Source: Candidatus Dormiibacterota bacterium (GTDB taxonomy: Bacteria > Chloroflexota > Dormibacteria > Aeolococcales > Aeolococcaceae). Taken from it: a DNA stretch of 64,000 nucleotides. This document shows, piece after piece, positions 43,460 through 53,106 of this stretch. Position numbers and translations under genes: made by a program. The notes beneath the pieces were generated by a model, which ran no database searches, had not been told where the DNA came from, and was given only the letters and a program-made list of their open reading frames with translations. Each line of letters opens with the position of its first letter. Positions within the stretch are counted from its first letter, which is position 1. The DNA lies in NCBI GenBank assembly GCA_035552595.1, contig DASZKZ010000083.1, positions 2,538 through 66,537 on the forward strand, read 5' to 3'.

Positions 43460-45631
43460 ATGACCCCGCCCGAGTCCCGAGCGATGAGCTGGGCACGTGC
43501 CCTGGCCTGCCTCCTGGCCACGGGCGTGGGCGGCTACTACATCGTCTGGCGCCTCACCTCCACCCTCAACCCCGGGGCGCTGTGGTTCGCGATCCCCCTC
43601 TGGGCGGCCGAGGTGTACGGGTTCGTCTCCAGCATCCTGTTCTTCTACACCGCCTGGAACACCCAGCCGCGGCGGCCCTGGGTGCCGGCTCCGGCAGGGC
43701 TGACCGTCGACGTCATGGTGCCCACCTACAACGAGCCGCTGTGGGTGGTGCGGCGCACGCTCATGGGAGCGCTGGCGATGAGCTATCCGCACACCACCTA
43801 CCTGCTCGACGACGGGCGCCGCCCCGAGATGGCGGAGCTGGCGCGACAGCTCGGCGCTGCCTACATCGCCAGGCCGGACAACGCCGGCGCCAAGGCCGGA
43901 AACCTCAACTGGGCCCTGGAGCGGACCAGCGGCGAGCTGGTGGCCATCTTCGACGCCGACCACGTCGCCCTCCCCCAGTTCCTCGAGCGCACCCTCGGCT
44001 ACTTCACGGATCCCACGGTGGCCTTCGTGCAGACGCCGCAGGAGTTCTACAACGTCGAGTCCTTCCAGCACGCGACCAAGCTGAGCCAGAAGCGGCTCTG
44101 GCACCAGCAGCAGCTCTTCTACCGGGTCCTGCAGCCGGGCAAGGATCACTGGAACGCCGCGTTCTTCTGCGGCTCGTGCGGGGTGATGCGGCGGAGCGCG
44201 CTCGACGAGGTGGGTGGGTTCGCCACCGAGACGATCACCGAGGACATGCACACCTCGTTCCGCATCCACGCCAGGGGATGGTCGTCGGCGTACCACAACG
44301 AGGTGCTGGCCCTCGGTCTTGCCGCGCAGACCGCCACGCCGTACCACCTGCAGCGCCTGCGCTGGGGGCAGGGCACCATGCAGCTCATCCGCGCCGAGCG
44401 GCTGCTGACCAACCCCGGGCTCAGCATCCACCAGCGGATCAACTACTTCGCCTCGGCCCTGCACTACTTCGACGGCTATCAGCGCATCCTGCTGTACGTC
44501 GCGCCCTCGTTCGCCGTCGCCACCGGCGTGCTTCCGATCCGCGCGGTGACCCTTCCCTTCGTGCTCACGGTGGCCGCCTACTACGCCCTCTCCATGGCCG
44601 CCTTCAAGCTCACCGGGCGCGGCTACTCGATGTTCATCGCCACCGAGCGCTACCACATGGTCGGCTTCTACACGTACATCCGCAGCTCGCTGGCACTGAT
44701 CACGCGCCGCCGGCTCCGCTTCAAGGTCAGCCCCAAGGCGGAGGCCGGCCGGCCCGGGCTTGGCCTGGTGATGCCGGCCGCTTCGGTGGCCGCGTACACC
44801 GGGCTCTGTTTCATCGCCGGACTGGTGCGGATGGCTCTCGGCCACGACACCAACACCGTGGCCTTCTGGATCAACACCGCCTGGAGCGGGTGGATCGTCG
44901 GCCTCGCCCTCGCGGCGGTGGCCATGACCATGCGCAGCGTCGACTTCCGTCGTGCGCCGCGGGCGCACGCCGCGCTCCCGGTGCGCTGGAATGTCGACGG
45001 CATCAAGGGCATCGGTGTCCTCGAAGACCTCTCCGAGCGAGGCGCGTCACTGCTGCTGCCCCGCGCGGTGCGCTCCGGAGACACCGTGTCCTTCGCCGTC
45101 CTCTGGTCAGGGGTGGACTTCGCCGCCAACGGCACCGTGCGCCGGGTGCGCCGCACCGAGGCGGGCACGCACGTCGGCCTGGAATGGGACGAGCTCGGCG
45201 GCGCCGAGGCGTTGCGGTTGTCGAGGCTGGCGATCGACCTCACGGCGCGCCGTTTCCTGCTCGACTTCAACCGCCCGCCTGATCGCGTCGGGCAGCTGCA
45301 GCTGAGCCGGGGTCACCGCCGGGTCGCGCGCCGCACTCCGGTTGCCGTCCCCGTCCAGCTGGGCAGGGAGTGGGATTCCCCCTGGGCGGTGACCGAGGAC
45401 CTCAGCGCCACCGGCGCGCTGGTCCTCTCACCGATCGCCATCGCGGTGGGAACCCGCCTCGAGCTGAGCCGCTGGGACAGCCGGCCTGTCAACGTCGAGG
45501 TCGCGCGGTGTCAGGCGATCGACCTGCCGCCGGGCCGCGCCTGGCGTCTCGGCCTGCGCGTCGAGGGCGCGCTGGTGGCGGTGCCCACCACGGTGCTGGA
45601 GACGCCCGCCGCCACCGCGGTTGCCGCCTGA
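43460..45631 (+). CDS. BcsA-like processive family-2 glycosyltransferase (cellulose-synthase-type) with two C-terminal PilZ domains
   Basis: ATG 43460 with AGAGGAGAA upstream. Motifs DDG, FDADH, FFCGSCG, ITEDMHTS (TED) and QRLRWGQG (QxxRW), plus multiple TM helices. PilZ-1: RRAPR (44948) and DLSERG (45026). PilZ-2: RRVAR (45317) and DLSATG (45398). Confidence 0.85.
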   Translation: MTPPESRAMSWARALACLLATGVGGYYIVWRLTSTLNPGALWFAIPLWAAEVYGFVSSILFFYTAWNTQPRRPWVPAPAGLTVDVMVPTYNEPLWVVRRTLMGALAMSYPHTTYLLDDGRRPEMAELARQLGAAYIARPDNAGAKAGNLNWALERTSGELVAIFDADHVALPQFLERTLGYFTDPTVAFVQTPQEFYNVESFQHATKLSQKRLWHQQQLFYRVLQPGKDHWNAAFFCGSCGVMRRSALDEVGGFATETITEDMHTSFRIHARGWSSAYHNEVLALGLAAQTATPYHLQRLRWGQGTMQLIRAERLLTNPGLSIHQRINYFASALHYFDGYQRILLYVAPSFAVATGVLPIRAVTLPFVLTVAAYYALSMAAFKLTGRGYSMFIATERYHMVGFYTYIRSSLALITRRRLRFKVSPKAEAGRPGLGLVMPAASVAAYTGLCFIAGLVRMALGHDTNTVAFWINTAWSGWIVGLALAAVAMTMRSVDFRRAPRAHAALPVRWNVDGIKGIGVLEDLSERGASLLLPRAVRSGDTVSFAVLWSGVDFAANGTVRRVRRTEAGTHVGLEWDELGGAEALRLSRLAIDLTARRFLLDFNRPPDRVGQLQLSRGHRRVARRTPVAVPVQLGREWDSPWAVTEDLSATGALVLSPIAIAVGTRLELSRWDSRPVNVEVARCQAIDLPPGRAWRLGLRVEGALVAVPTTVLETPAATAVAA

Positions 45632-45643
45632 CCGACCGGAGCG

Positions 45644-46612
45644 TCAGACGTTGACCCGCTCCATGTAGCCGGCGGCACCGCGCTCCCCGGCCACCGCCGA
45701 GGGAGAGGCGATCTCGCCGATCTGGCGGAGGTCCTGGTCACTCAGGACCACGTCGGCGGCCGCGGCGTTGGCCTCGAGGTTCTGACGCCTGCGTGTCCCA
45801 GGGATGGGCACGATCTCGTCCCCCTGGTGCAGCACCCAGGCGAGAGCCAGCTGCGCCACCGTGGCCCCATGCGCGGAGGCGATCTCCTCGAGGCGCGCGA
45901 CGATGCGGCCGTTGCGCTCCAGATTGTCGCCCTGGAAGCGAGGAACCGAACGCCGCCAATCCTCCTCGGGCAGGTCACCACCGCTGCGGTAGCGGCCGGT
46001 GAGGAGCCCGCGACCGAGCGGGCTGTAGGCGACGAAGCCGATGCCGAGCTCGCGGGTGGTGGGCAGGATCTCGATCTCCGGGTCGCGGCTGAAGAGCGAG
46101 TACTCGGTCTGCAGCGCGGTGATCGGATGGGTGGCGTGGCCGCGCCGGATCGTGTCTGGAGCCGCCTCCGAGAGACCCAGATAGCGAACCTTGCCGGCGC
46201 CGACCAGCTCCGCCATGGCTCCGACGGTCTCCTCGATCGGTGTGGCGGGGTCGACGCGGTGCAGGTAATAGAGGTCGACGTAGTCCGTGCCCAGGCGGGC
46301 CAGGCTCTCCTCCAGCGCTGGAGCCACCTTCTCGGGGCTGCCCAGCCCCGAGCCGCCGCCGCCGCCGAACTTGGTGGCCAGCACGACCTCGGCGCGCCGG
46401 CCGGCGATGGCCCGGCCGACCACCTCCTCGCTGTGCCCGGACCCGTAGACGTTGGCGGTGTCGATGAAGGTGACGCCCAGCTCCAGGGCGCGGATCACGG
46501 TGTCCACCGAGTCGGCGTCCTCGGAGCTGCCGTAGACGCCGGCGAAGCTCATCGCGCCGAGACCGATGGCGGAGACCATCGGACCGTCTCTGCCGAGGCG
46601 TCGCTGCTGCAT
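45644..46612 (-). CDS. Aldo/keto reductase
   Basis: [25 protein letters not shown] and IPGTRR motifs; 322 aa. Confidence 0.9.
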   Translation of the reverse strand: MQQRRLGRDGPMVSAIGLGAMSFAGVYGSSEDADSVDTVIRALELGVTFIDTANVYGSGHSEEVVGRAIAGRRAEVVLATKFGGGGGSGLGSPEKVAPALEESLARLGTDYVDLYYLHRVDPATPIEETVGAMAELVGAGKVRYLGLSEAAPDTIRRGHATHPITALQTEYSLFSRDPEIEILPTTRELGIGFVAYSPLGRGLLTGRYRSGGDLPEEDWRRSVPRFQGDNLERNGRIVARLEEIASAHGATVAQLALAWVLHQGDEIVPIPGTRRRQNLEANAAAADVVLSDQDLRQIGEIASPSAVAGERGAAGYMERVNV

Positions 46613-46660
46613 CGTTCGTCCTCCGTTGCTCCAGCCGAGAACCAGGGTAGGCCCACGGCC

Positions 46661-46678
46661 GTCCCGAGCGCTCGGGAC
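46661..46678. repeat. Perfect 18-bp palindrome GTCCCGAGCGCTCGGGAC
   Basis: Read directly and checked by reverse-complementing. Located in the 222-bp divergent region between the AKR gene and the sugar ABC operon. Confidence 0.9.
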
Positions 46679-46834
46679 CGCGAGACGTGCCCGCGGGCCG
46701 GGTCAGGTTGGGTCCGCACCCCGAACTTCGATGATCGAGGAACCCCCTTAACCGTCCCGCCGCATCGTATTGTGTGCCCACTTGAAGAGGTCGGGCGCAT
46801 TTTGTGCGCCTGAAATGTGCTGGGAGTGGCAAAC

Positions 46835-48094
46835 ATGGGTTTGAGCAGTGTCAACCGCACGGCACGGTACGGGGCCGTGCTGGGGGTGGTGGGAGTGATG
46901 GCGGCCTGCGGGTCGAGCAACACGCCGTCGTCGTCGTCCGGAGGAGGAGGCGGTGCGACCGTTCCGTCCGGGCTCAGCGTCACCTCGTTCGACAGCAGCT
47001 TCTCCTTCATGAGTCAGCTGAAGAGCCTGACCGGGGCGGGCAGGGGGCTCGTGGGAGTGATCCTCCCCGACACCACGTCCTCGACGCGCTATGTGAACTT
47101 CGACGCTCCCTACCTGACCAAGGCCTTCACGCAGGCCGGGTACAGCTCGAGCAACTTCAAGATCGACAACGCGCAGGGCAGCGACGCCACCGAGCTGGCC
47201 GACGCCCAGGCGGACATCACCCGGGGCGCCAGCGTCCTGGTGTTCGACCCGCTCGACAGCACCGTGGGCGCGCAGATCCAGTCCTACGCGCAATCCCACG
47301 GTGTCAAGGCGATCAGCTACGACCGCGCCACGTTCACCGGGACCAACACCTACTACGTGAGCTTCGACAACGTCCAGGTCGGCAAGCTCATCGGCCAGGG
47401 CTTCGAGACCTGCGTCGCGGCGTGGAACGTCGCCAGTCCTCAGGTATTCACCCTCAACGGCGGAGAGGACACCGACCCCAACGCCGTCTCCTTCGCGCAG
47501 GGATACAACTCGGTGGTCTGGGGCAACACCACCACGCCGGAGAAGCCACCGCTCACCAACAGCAAGGGCTACACCCTGGTCGGTGACCAGATCGCGCCGG
47601 GCTGGGTGAACGCCACCGGCGGCACCATCTTCCAGCAGCAGTTCACCGCACATCCCACCATCAACGCCACCATCGAGGCCAATGACGGCCTCGGCAACGC
47701 GGTCATCACCGACCTGAAGAACTCCGGGGTCAAGCCCAAGACGATCCCGACCACCGGTCAGGACGCCACCCTCCAGGGGATGGAGAACGTCCTCAACGGC
47801 TACCAGTGCGGGTCGGTGTACAAGGCGGTGTATCTCGAGGCTCAGGACGCAGTGGCTCTGGCCACCGTGCTGCGTGCCGGCGCCACCCCGCCGTCCGCGC
47901 TTCTCAACGGCACCACCACCCCACCGTCGGGCGTCACCGGCAGTCCCCAGCCCGCGTCCCTGCTGACGCCGGTCTGGGTGGACGGCTCCAACATGGCATC
48001 GACGGTGATCAAGGACCACTTCATCGACGCGACGGCGCTGTGCGCCGCCGTCGGGGCCAGCGTCTGCACCGCCAACAACATCCCGACGTCGTAG
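46835..48094 (+). CDS. Sugar ABC transporter substrate-binding lipoprotein (PBP type 1, xylose/ribose-like)
   Basis: ATG 46835. Lipobox VMAACGSS with a Ser/Gly linker. Periplasmic-binding-protein-1 pattern (GVILPDTTSSTRY ..., ISYDR, TGQDAT). Confidence 0.8.
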   Translation: MGLSSVNRTARYGAVLGVVGVMAACGSSNTPSSSSGGGGGATVPSGLSVTSFDSSFSFMSQLKSLTGAGRGLVGVILPDTTSSTRYVNFDAPYLTKAFTQAGYSSSNFKIDNAQGSDATELADAQADITRGASVLVFDPLDSTVGAQIQSYAQSHGVKAISYDRATFTGTNTYYVSFDNVQVGKLIGQGFETCVAAWNVASPQVFTLNGGEDTDPNAVSFAQGYNSVVWGNTTTPEKPPLTNSKGYTLVGDQIAPGWVNATGGTIFQQQFTAHPTINATIEANDGLGNAVITDLKNSGVKPKTIPTTGQDATLQGMENVLNGYQCGSVYKAVYLEAQDAVALATVLRAGATPPSALLNGTTTPPSGVTGSPQPASLLTPVWVDGSNMASTVIKDHFIDATALCAAVGASVCTANNIPTS

Positions 48095-48164
48095 TCCAGC
48101 TGTGACAATTGACGCCGCCGCGCCGGGCGCGGCGGCGTCAGCGTCGCATGTTCGTGGGGGCGTG

Positions 48165-48977
48165 ATGGCAGACGGGCAGGTGGCTGAGGAGCCGATCCTC
48201 AAGGTGCGCAGTCTCTCCAAGCATTTCGGCGCGGTCCAGTCGCTGACCGGCGTCGACCTCGACCTGTACTCCGGCCAGGTAACCGCTCTCTGCGGCGACA
48301 ACGGCGCGGGCAAGTCGGTGCTGACCAAGACCATCGCCGGCATCCACCAGCCCGACCACGGCCAGATCTTTTGGGAAGGGCAGCCCGTCCGCATCCACAG
48401 CCCCCGAGATTCGGCCCGGCTGGGCATCGAGACCGTGTATCAGGATCTGGCTCTCGCGGACAACCTGGACATCGTCCAGAACATGTTTCTGGGCAGGGAG
48501 CGGCTCCGCAACCGTCTCCTCGACGAGGACAACATGGAGCGAGCTGCCGCCGACACGCTCGCCACACTCCGGGTCACCACGGTGCGGTCGATCCGGCAGC
48601 CGGTCGGTTCGCTCTCGGGAGGCCAGCGCCAATCCGTGGCCGTGGCCAAGGCCGTGATGTGGAACTCCAAGCTGGTGATGCTCGACGAGCCCACCGCCGC
48701 CCTCGGAGTGGTGCAGACCAAGATGGTCCTCGACCTGGTCGGCCGCCTCCGCGACCGAGGCCTCGCGGTCATGATGATCTCTCACAATCTCAACGACATC
48801 TTCGCGGTCGCCGACCGGATCGCGGTGCTGTACCTGGGCAGGATGGTGGTGCAGGAACGCACCGCCGCGCTCGATCGCCAGACTGTCGTCGAGTACATGA
48901 CCACGGGGGAGGTGTCGCGCACGCCAGTCGTGGCGTCATCCTCCGCTGGAGAGGGGAGCGAGCATGGCGGACGTTGA
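48165..48977 (+). CDS. Sugar ABC transporter ATP-binding protein (single NBD, ~270 aa)
   Basis: ATG 48165 (MADGQVAEEPILKVRSLSKHFG). Walker A GDNGAGKS, signature LSGGQRQ, Walker B LVMLDEPTAAL, H-loop ISHN. Confidence 0.9.
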   Translation: MADGQVAEEPILKVRSLSKHFGAVQSLTGVDLDLYSGQVTALCGDNGAGKSVLTKTIAGIHQPDHGQIFWEGQPVRIHSPRDSARLGIETVYQDLALADNLDIVQNMFLGRERLRNRLLDEDNMERAAADTLATLRVTTVRSIRQPVGSLSGGQRQSVAVAKAVMWNSKLVMLDEPTAALGVVQTKMVLDLVGRLRDRGLAVMMISHNLNDIFAVADRIAVLYLGRMVVQERTAALDRQTVVEYMTTGEVSRTPVVASSSAGEGSEHGGR

Positions 48978-50343
48978 GTCCGGGTCCGTCAAGACGGAGC
49001 CATCGCAGCCCGCCGACGCGGATCAACCGTCCGAACCGCTGCTCGACCCGACCGCTGCCTCGGAGGTCACAGCTCTCGAGGTCCCGCCGGAGCTCGTCGC
49101 CCAGTCCCTGAGGGAGTACCTGCGCGCCTGGATCGTGCGGATCCGGGGCGGCGAGAGCGGGGTGCTGCCCGTCCTGCTCGGTCTGGTGCTGATCTCGATC
49201 GTCTTCGAGGTGATCAGCCCAGACCACGTCTTCTTCCAGCCCGGCAACCTCGTGAACCTGTTCCAGCAGAGCGCTGTGTTCATGGTCCTGGCCATGGCCG
49301 AGGGATTCGCCCTGTTGCTCGGTGAGATCGACCTCTCGATCGGCTACGGAGCCGCCTGCGGCGCGGCAATCGGGGTCCAGCTGGTGCAGCCGGCCACCAC
49401 GAGGTGGCCGTGGTGGGGCGCGATCATTGCTGCGGTGCTCCTCATGGGGCTCTTCGGGGCGGTGCAGGGAATGCTCATCACCCGCCTGCGCCTGCCCTCG
49501 TTCGTGGTCACCCTGGGGGGCTACCTGATCCTCGAGGGGGCGTTCCTCATCCTCCTGCAGCTCGGTCCCTTCTCCGGGTCGCTGAGCCTGAGCGGGACCG
49601 ACAACAACCTGCAGACGCTGTACAACCTGATGTGGGGCACCATCGATCCCACCATCAGCTGGATCGGGATGGCGGTGGTGGTGGGCCTGCTGGCGTTCAC
49701 GCTGTGGCTCCGCGACTCGCGGCGACGGCGGAGCGGCCTGGTGGCCCCGCCGGTGGGGCTCACGGTGCTCAAGATCGTCCTCATCGCGCTCGTCTCGATC
49801 GTGGTGGTGGCCATCTGCAACGTCAACCGGGCCCACTTCGGGACCCTCGCAGGGGTGCCCTGGGCCATCCCCATCGTCCTCGCCGTTCTCGGCGCCTGGA
49901 CGCTGCTGCTGCAGCGCACCCGGTACGGCCGCTACGTCTACGCCATCGGCGGCAACCCCGAGGCAGCTCGTCGGGCCGGCATCAATCTCAACCGCGTCCG
50001 CACCTGGGCGTTCGCGTTGTGCCTGGGCACCGCCGCGCTGGCAGGGCTTCTCTACGCCTCATATCTCGGCGGCATCACGGGCAACGTCAACGGCGGCCAG
50101 CTGGTGCTCTACGCCGTGGCCGCGGCGGTCATCGGCGGGACCAGCCTCTTCGGTGGCCGCGGCAAGGTCCTGCATGGCGTGCTCGGCGGACTTGTCATCG
50201 GCGGCATCTACAACGGCATGTTCCTGCTCGGCCTCGATGTGCAGTGGGAGTTCGTGGTCACGGGTCTGGTCCTGCTCGCCGCGGTGGCCATCGACGCCCT
50301 CTCCCGCAGGGGTGCCACGGGCGGGAGCGTCGCGCGCGTCTGA
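48964..50343 (+). CDS. Sugar ABC transporter permease (XylH/RbsC-like) with ~60-aa hydrophilic N-terminal extension
   Basis: ATG 48964 overlaps the ATPase gene end by 14 nt. About 10-12 hydrophobic helices. The GGNPEAARRAGINL loop is typical of CUT2 permeases. Confidence 0.8.
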   Translation: MADVESGSVKTEPSQPADADQPSEPLLDPTAASEVTALEVPPELVAQSLREYLRAWIVRIRGGESGVLPVLLGLVLISIVFEVISPDHVFFQPGNLVNLFQQSAVFMVLAMAEGFALLLGEIDLSIGYGAACGAAIGVQLVQPATTRWPWWGAIIAAVLLMGLFGAVQGMLITRLRLPSFVVTLGGYLILEGAFLILLQLGPFSGSLSLSGTDNNLQTLYNLMWGTIDPTISWIGMAVVVGLLAFTLWLRDSRRRRSGLVAPPVGLTVLKIVLIALVSIVVVAICNVNRAHFGTLAGVPWAIPIVLAVLGAWTLLLQRTRYGRYVYAIGGNPEAARRAGINLNRVRTWAFALCLGTAALAGLLYASYLGGITGNVNGGQLVLYAVAAAVIGGTSLFGGRGKVLHGVLGGLVIGGIYNGMFLLGLDVQWEFVVTGLVLLAAVAIDALSRRGATGGSVARV

Positions 50344-50366
50344 TCGCCGCCCGATCACCCCAGGGG

Positions 50367-51437
50367 GTGCAGACCATCGACGCAGTTGGCGTGGCGATCG
50401 TGGGGTACGGCCTGGCCGGGCGAGAGATCCACGGCCGGCTGCTCGCGGCCACACCTGGATTGCGGGTGACGGCCATCGTCACTGCCAATCCGCAGCGCCA
50501 GGCGGCCGCACGCGCTGATTTCCCCGACGCGCTGATCCTCTCCCGAATTGAAGAGCTGTGGTCGCATCGCGACGAGTGCGACCTGGTGGTGGTGGCCACC
50601 GCCACCGGCGCCCACGTCGCGGTGGCCACAGCGGCCCTCGACGCCGGGCTCGCCGTCGTCGTGGAGAAGCCGCTGGCCGCCACCGCCGCCGCCGCGCGCG
50701 CCCTGGTCGCGCACGCCGCCCGGCGCGAGGTCCTGCTGGTGCCGTTTCTCAACCGGCGCTGGGATTCCGACCACCTGACGGTGACCCGGCTGCTCGCCGA
50801 GGGGTCGCTGGGCACCGTCCTCCGCTACGAGTCGCGCTTCGAGCGCTGGCGTCCCTCCCCCGCCCCCGGGGCGTGGCGGGAGGAGGCCGAGCCGGAGCAG
50901 GGCGGCGGCGTGCTGCTCGACCTGGGCGCGCATCTCGTCGACCAGGCGATCACCCTCTTCGGACCGGTGGAGCACGTCTACGCGGAGGTGCTGTCTCGCC
51001 GCGGTGGAGCGGACGATGACGTCTTCATGGCGCTGGAGCACCAGTCCGGGGTGGTCGCTCACCTCTGGGCCAGCGCCCTGGCGGCGGCGCCCGGCCCTCG
51101 ACTGCGGGTCCTGGGCAGCCGGGCCGCCTACGTGGTGGACGGCCTCGACGCGCAGGAGAGCGCGCTGCGTGCCGGCCACCGGCCCGACGAGCCGGGGTTC
51201 GCCGCGGAGCCCGAGGACCGCTGGGGGTGGCTGGTGCGCGGCGACGAGCGCGAGCCGGTGCCGAGCGCCGAGGGCCGCTGGCGCGATTTCTATACCGGTC
51301 TCCAGCGCTGTCTCCGCGAGGGGGCGGCCCCGCCGGTGGCGGCGGACGATGCGGTCAGGGATCTCGAGGTGCTCGATGCCGCACGGGAGAGCGGCCGGCG
51401 TGGCGTGGTGGTGAACCTCGGCACCGGCTCAGGCTGA
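50367..51437 (+). CDS. Gfo/Idh/MocA-family NAD(P)-dependent oxidoreductase
   Basis: GTG 50367 (VQTIDAVGVAIVGYGLAG...). Has the N-terminal Rossmann fold, the EKPLA motif and a C-terminal alpha/beta domain. Confidence 0.85.
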   Translation: MQTIDAVGVAIVGYGLAGREIHGRLLAATPGLRVTAIVTANPQRQAAARADFPDALILSRIEELWSHRDECDLVVVATATGAHVAVATAALDAGLAVVVEKPLAATAAAARALVAHAARREVLLVPFLNRRWDSDHLTVTRLLAEGSLGTVLRYESRFERWRPSPAPGAWREEAEPEQGGGVLLDLGAHLVDQAITLFGPVEHVYAEVLSRRGGADDDVFMALEHQSGVVAHLWASALAAAPGPRLRVLGSRAAYVVDGLDAQESALRAGHRPDEPGFAAEPEDRWGWLVRGDEREPVPSAEGRWRDFYTGLQRCLREGAAPPVAADDAVRDLEVLDAARESGRRGVVVNLGTGSG

Positions 51438-51547
51438 GGGAGGCGGACCAGGGAAGCTCCGCGGCCCCAGCGCTCCGCCATGACACGGGTCACGCCACCG
51501 GTCGCCAGGCCGACGGCGGACCCGATCGCCGCACCCGCCACCGCAGC

Positions 51548-51778
51548 TCATGGGCTGACGGTGTCGCTGCCGTGCGTGCGTGTGAAGCGTCGGAGCGCGA
51601 TCGTGCTCCAGACTGCCTCGATGACCCCGAACGGCCACGCTCCCGAGAGGAACCCGTAGATGCTGGAAAGGACACAGCCCAGGCTGAAGGCGAGGATGAA
51701 CAACGGACCTTTGCGCTCCAGGCTGTACATCACCATCATGAACGTGAGAGCGATCACTCCGTACACCGTTACTGCCAT
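51548..51778 (-). CDS. Small (76 aa) predicted membrane protein, unknown function
   Basis: Two to three hydrophobic helices (VYGVIALTFMMVMY, LFILAFSLGCVLSSIYGFL). Codon usage is noticeably less GC-biased than its neighbours. No motif recognised. Confidence 0.45.
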   Translation of the reverse strand: MAVTVYGVIALTFMMVMYSLERKGPLFILAFSLGCVLSSIYGFLSGAWPFGVIEAVWSTIALRRFTRTHGSDTVSP

Positions 51779-51892
51779 GGCGGCCAGTGTCGCAGGCGGT
51801 TGGCCGCAGCCTCTCTGAGGGACGCTGCCGACGCCCTCAACCCGCGTTCTGCGCGAGCAGCCACCAGCAGCTCGCCACGCGGGGGGTCCTGC

Positions 51893-52576
51893 TCAGCGCG
51901 GCCCGGCCGCCGAAGCCTGGCCCACTCCGGGGAGCAGCGAGCCGATCATGCCGTCGGCGATGAAGTGGCTGTACCGCTCCAACGGCCATCCGCGGCGCAG
52001 GACGAGCAGCTCATAGACCTCCGGTGAGCTGTAGGACCACATCACGTCGCGGGCATGCTCGAGCGTGATGTCGCGGCGGAAAGCCCCGCGATCGTAGAGG
52101 TGTCGAGCGTTGTTCTCCATCCGAGTGAGGCGTGCTTCGTCCACCTCCCGCTGCAGCGCCGCCATCTCGGGGTCGGTGGCTGCCGCGGCGTGGATGAGCA
52201 GAAGGATCGGGGTCGCGCGCGGTGCCACCTCGGCGGCGAGAATGCTCCAGCCCTCGATGACCTTGCGGGGGTCGGCCTCGAGCATCTGCATCTCGTCGGA
52301 GCGGCGCCATGCTGGGCGCGCTCCGCTGCCGTCCAGTCCCTGGTCCCAAATCGCCCGGACCAGTCCACGCTTGCCTCCGAACGCCTTGTAGATCGTCTCC
52401 ACCGACACATCCGCGTCCGCAGCGATGGAGGCGATCGTCGTGGCCGAGAAGCCGTTGCTCAGGAACAACCGCTGGGCGGTGTCGAGCACCGTGCCCCAGG
52501 TACGGCGGGCTTGTTGCCGGCGCCGGCTGGAGTCATACGAGCGCTTGGGCTTGACATCCGCGGAGTTTCGTTCCAT
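51893..52576 (-). CDS. TetR/AcrR-family transcriptional regulator
   Basis: ATG 52576 (MERNSADVKPK...). N-terminal HTH region TVLDTAQRLFLSNGFSATTIASIAADADVSVETIYKAFGGK. Confidence 0.85.
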   Translation of the reverse strand: MERNSADVKPKRSYDSSRRRQQARRTWGTVLDTAQRLFLSNGFSATTIASIAADADVSVETIYKAFGGKRGLVRAIWDQGLDGSGARPAWRRSDEMQMLEADPRKVIEGWSILAAEVAPRATPILLLIHAAAATDPEMAALQREVDEARLTRMENNARHLYDRGAFRRDITLEHARDVMWSYSSPEVYELLVLRRGWPLERYSHFIADGMIGSLLPGVGQASAAGPR

Positions 52577-52632
52577 AGTGCTGTATCCGTTACCTACCAC
52601 TGTAGCAGAATACGTTCGGGGAGGCAGCCGAC

Positions 52633-53106
52633 ATGGACAAGCGTACGGACTCGGAGGCGCCGGGAGCCATGGTCGAGCGCCTCCGCCGGGCCACCAACGA
52701 GCACGATCTCGAGGCGCTCGCCGGGTGTTTCGCCGTCGATTACCGCAACGACACCCCGGTACACCCGGCGCGTGGGTTCGAGGGCCGTGCCCAGGTGCGC
52801 AAGAACTGGGAGCAGATCTTCGCGGCCGTGCCCGACATCGCCGCCGAGGTGCGTTGGATCGCCAAGGACCATGAGGTCTGGTCCGAATGGGAGATGCGTG
52901 GCACCCGGCGGGACGGCGCTGCCCACGTCATGCGCGGCGTCGTCATCTTCGGGGTCGAGCGAGGAGTGGCCTCCTGGGCTCGCTTCTACCTCGAGCCCGT
53001 CGAGGAGGGTGGCGGTGGTGTCGATGAGGCAGTTCGTCGGACAGTAGTCCCTTCTCCAAGCGATGACACCGAATCCATGACGCCCAGCGAAGGCAGCGCG
53101 CGATGA
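52633..53106 (+). CDS. SnoaL/NTF2-like fold protein
   Basis: 157 aa. LRRATNEHDLEALAGCFAVDY ... is a typical SnoaL_2 N-terminal helix followed by a cone-shaped beta-sheet pattern. ATGA overlap with the next gene. Confidence 0.7.
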   Translation: MDKRTDSEAPGAMVERLRRATNEHDLEALAGCFAVDYRNDTPVHPARGFEGRAQVRKNWEQIFAAVPDIAAEVRWIAKDHEVWSEWEMRGTRRDGAAHVMRGVVIFGVERGVASWARFYLEPVEEGGGGVDEAVRRTVVPSPSDDTESMTPSEGSAR

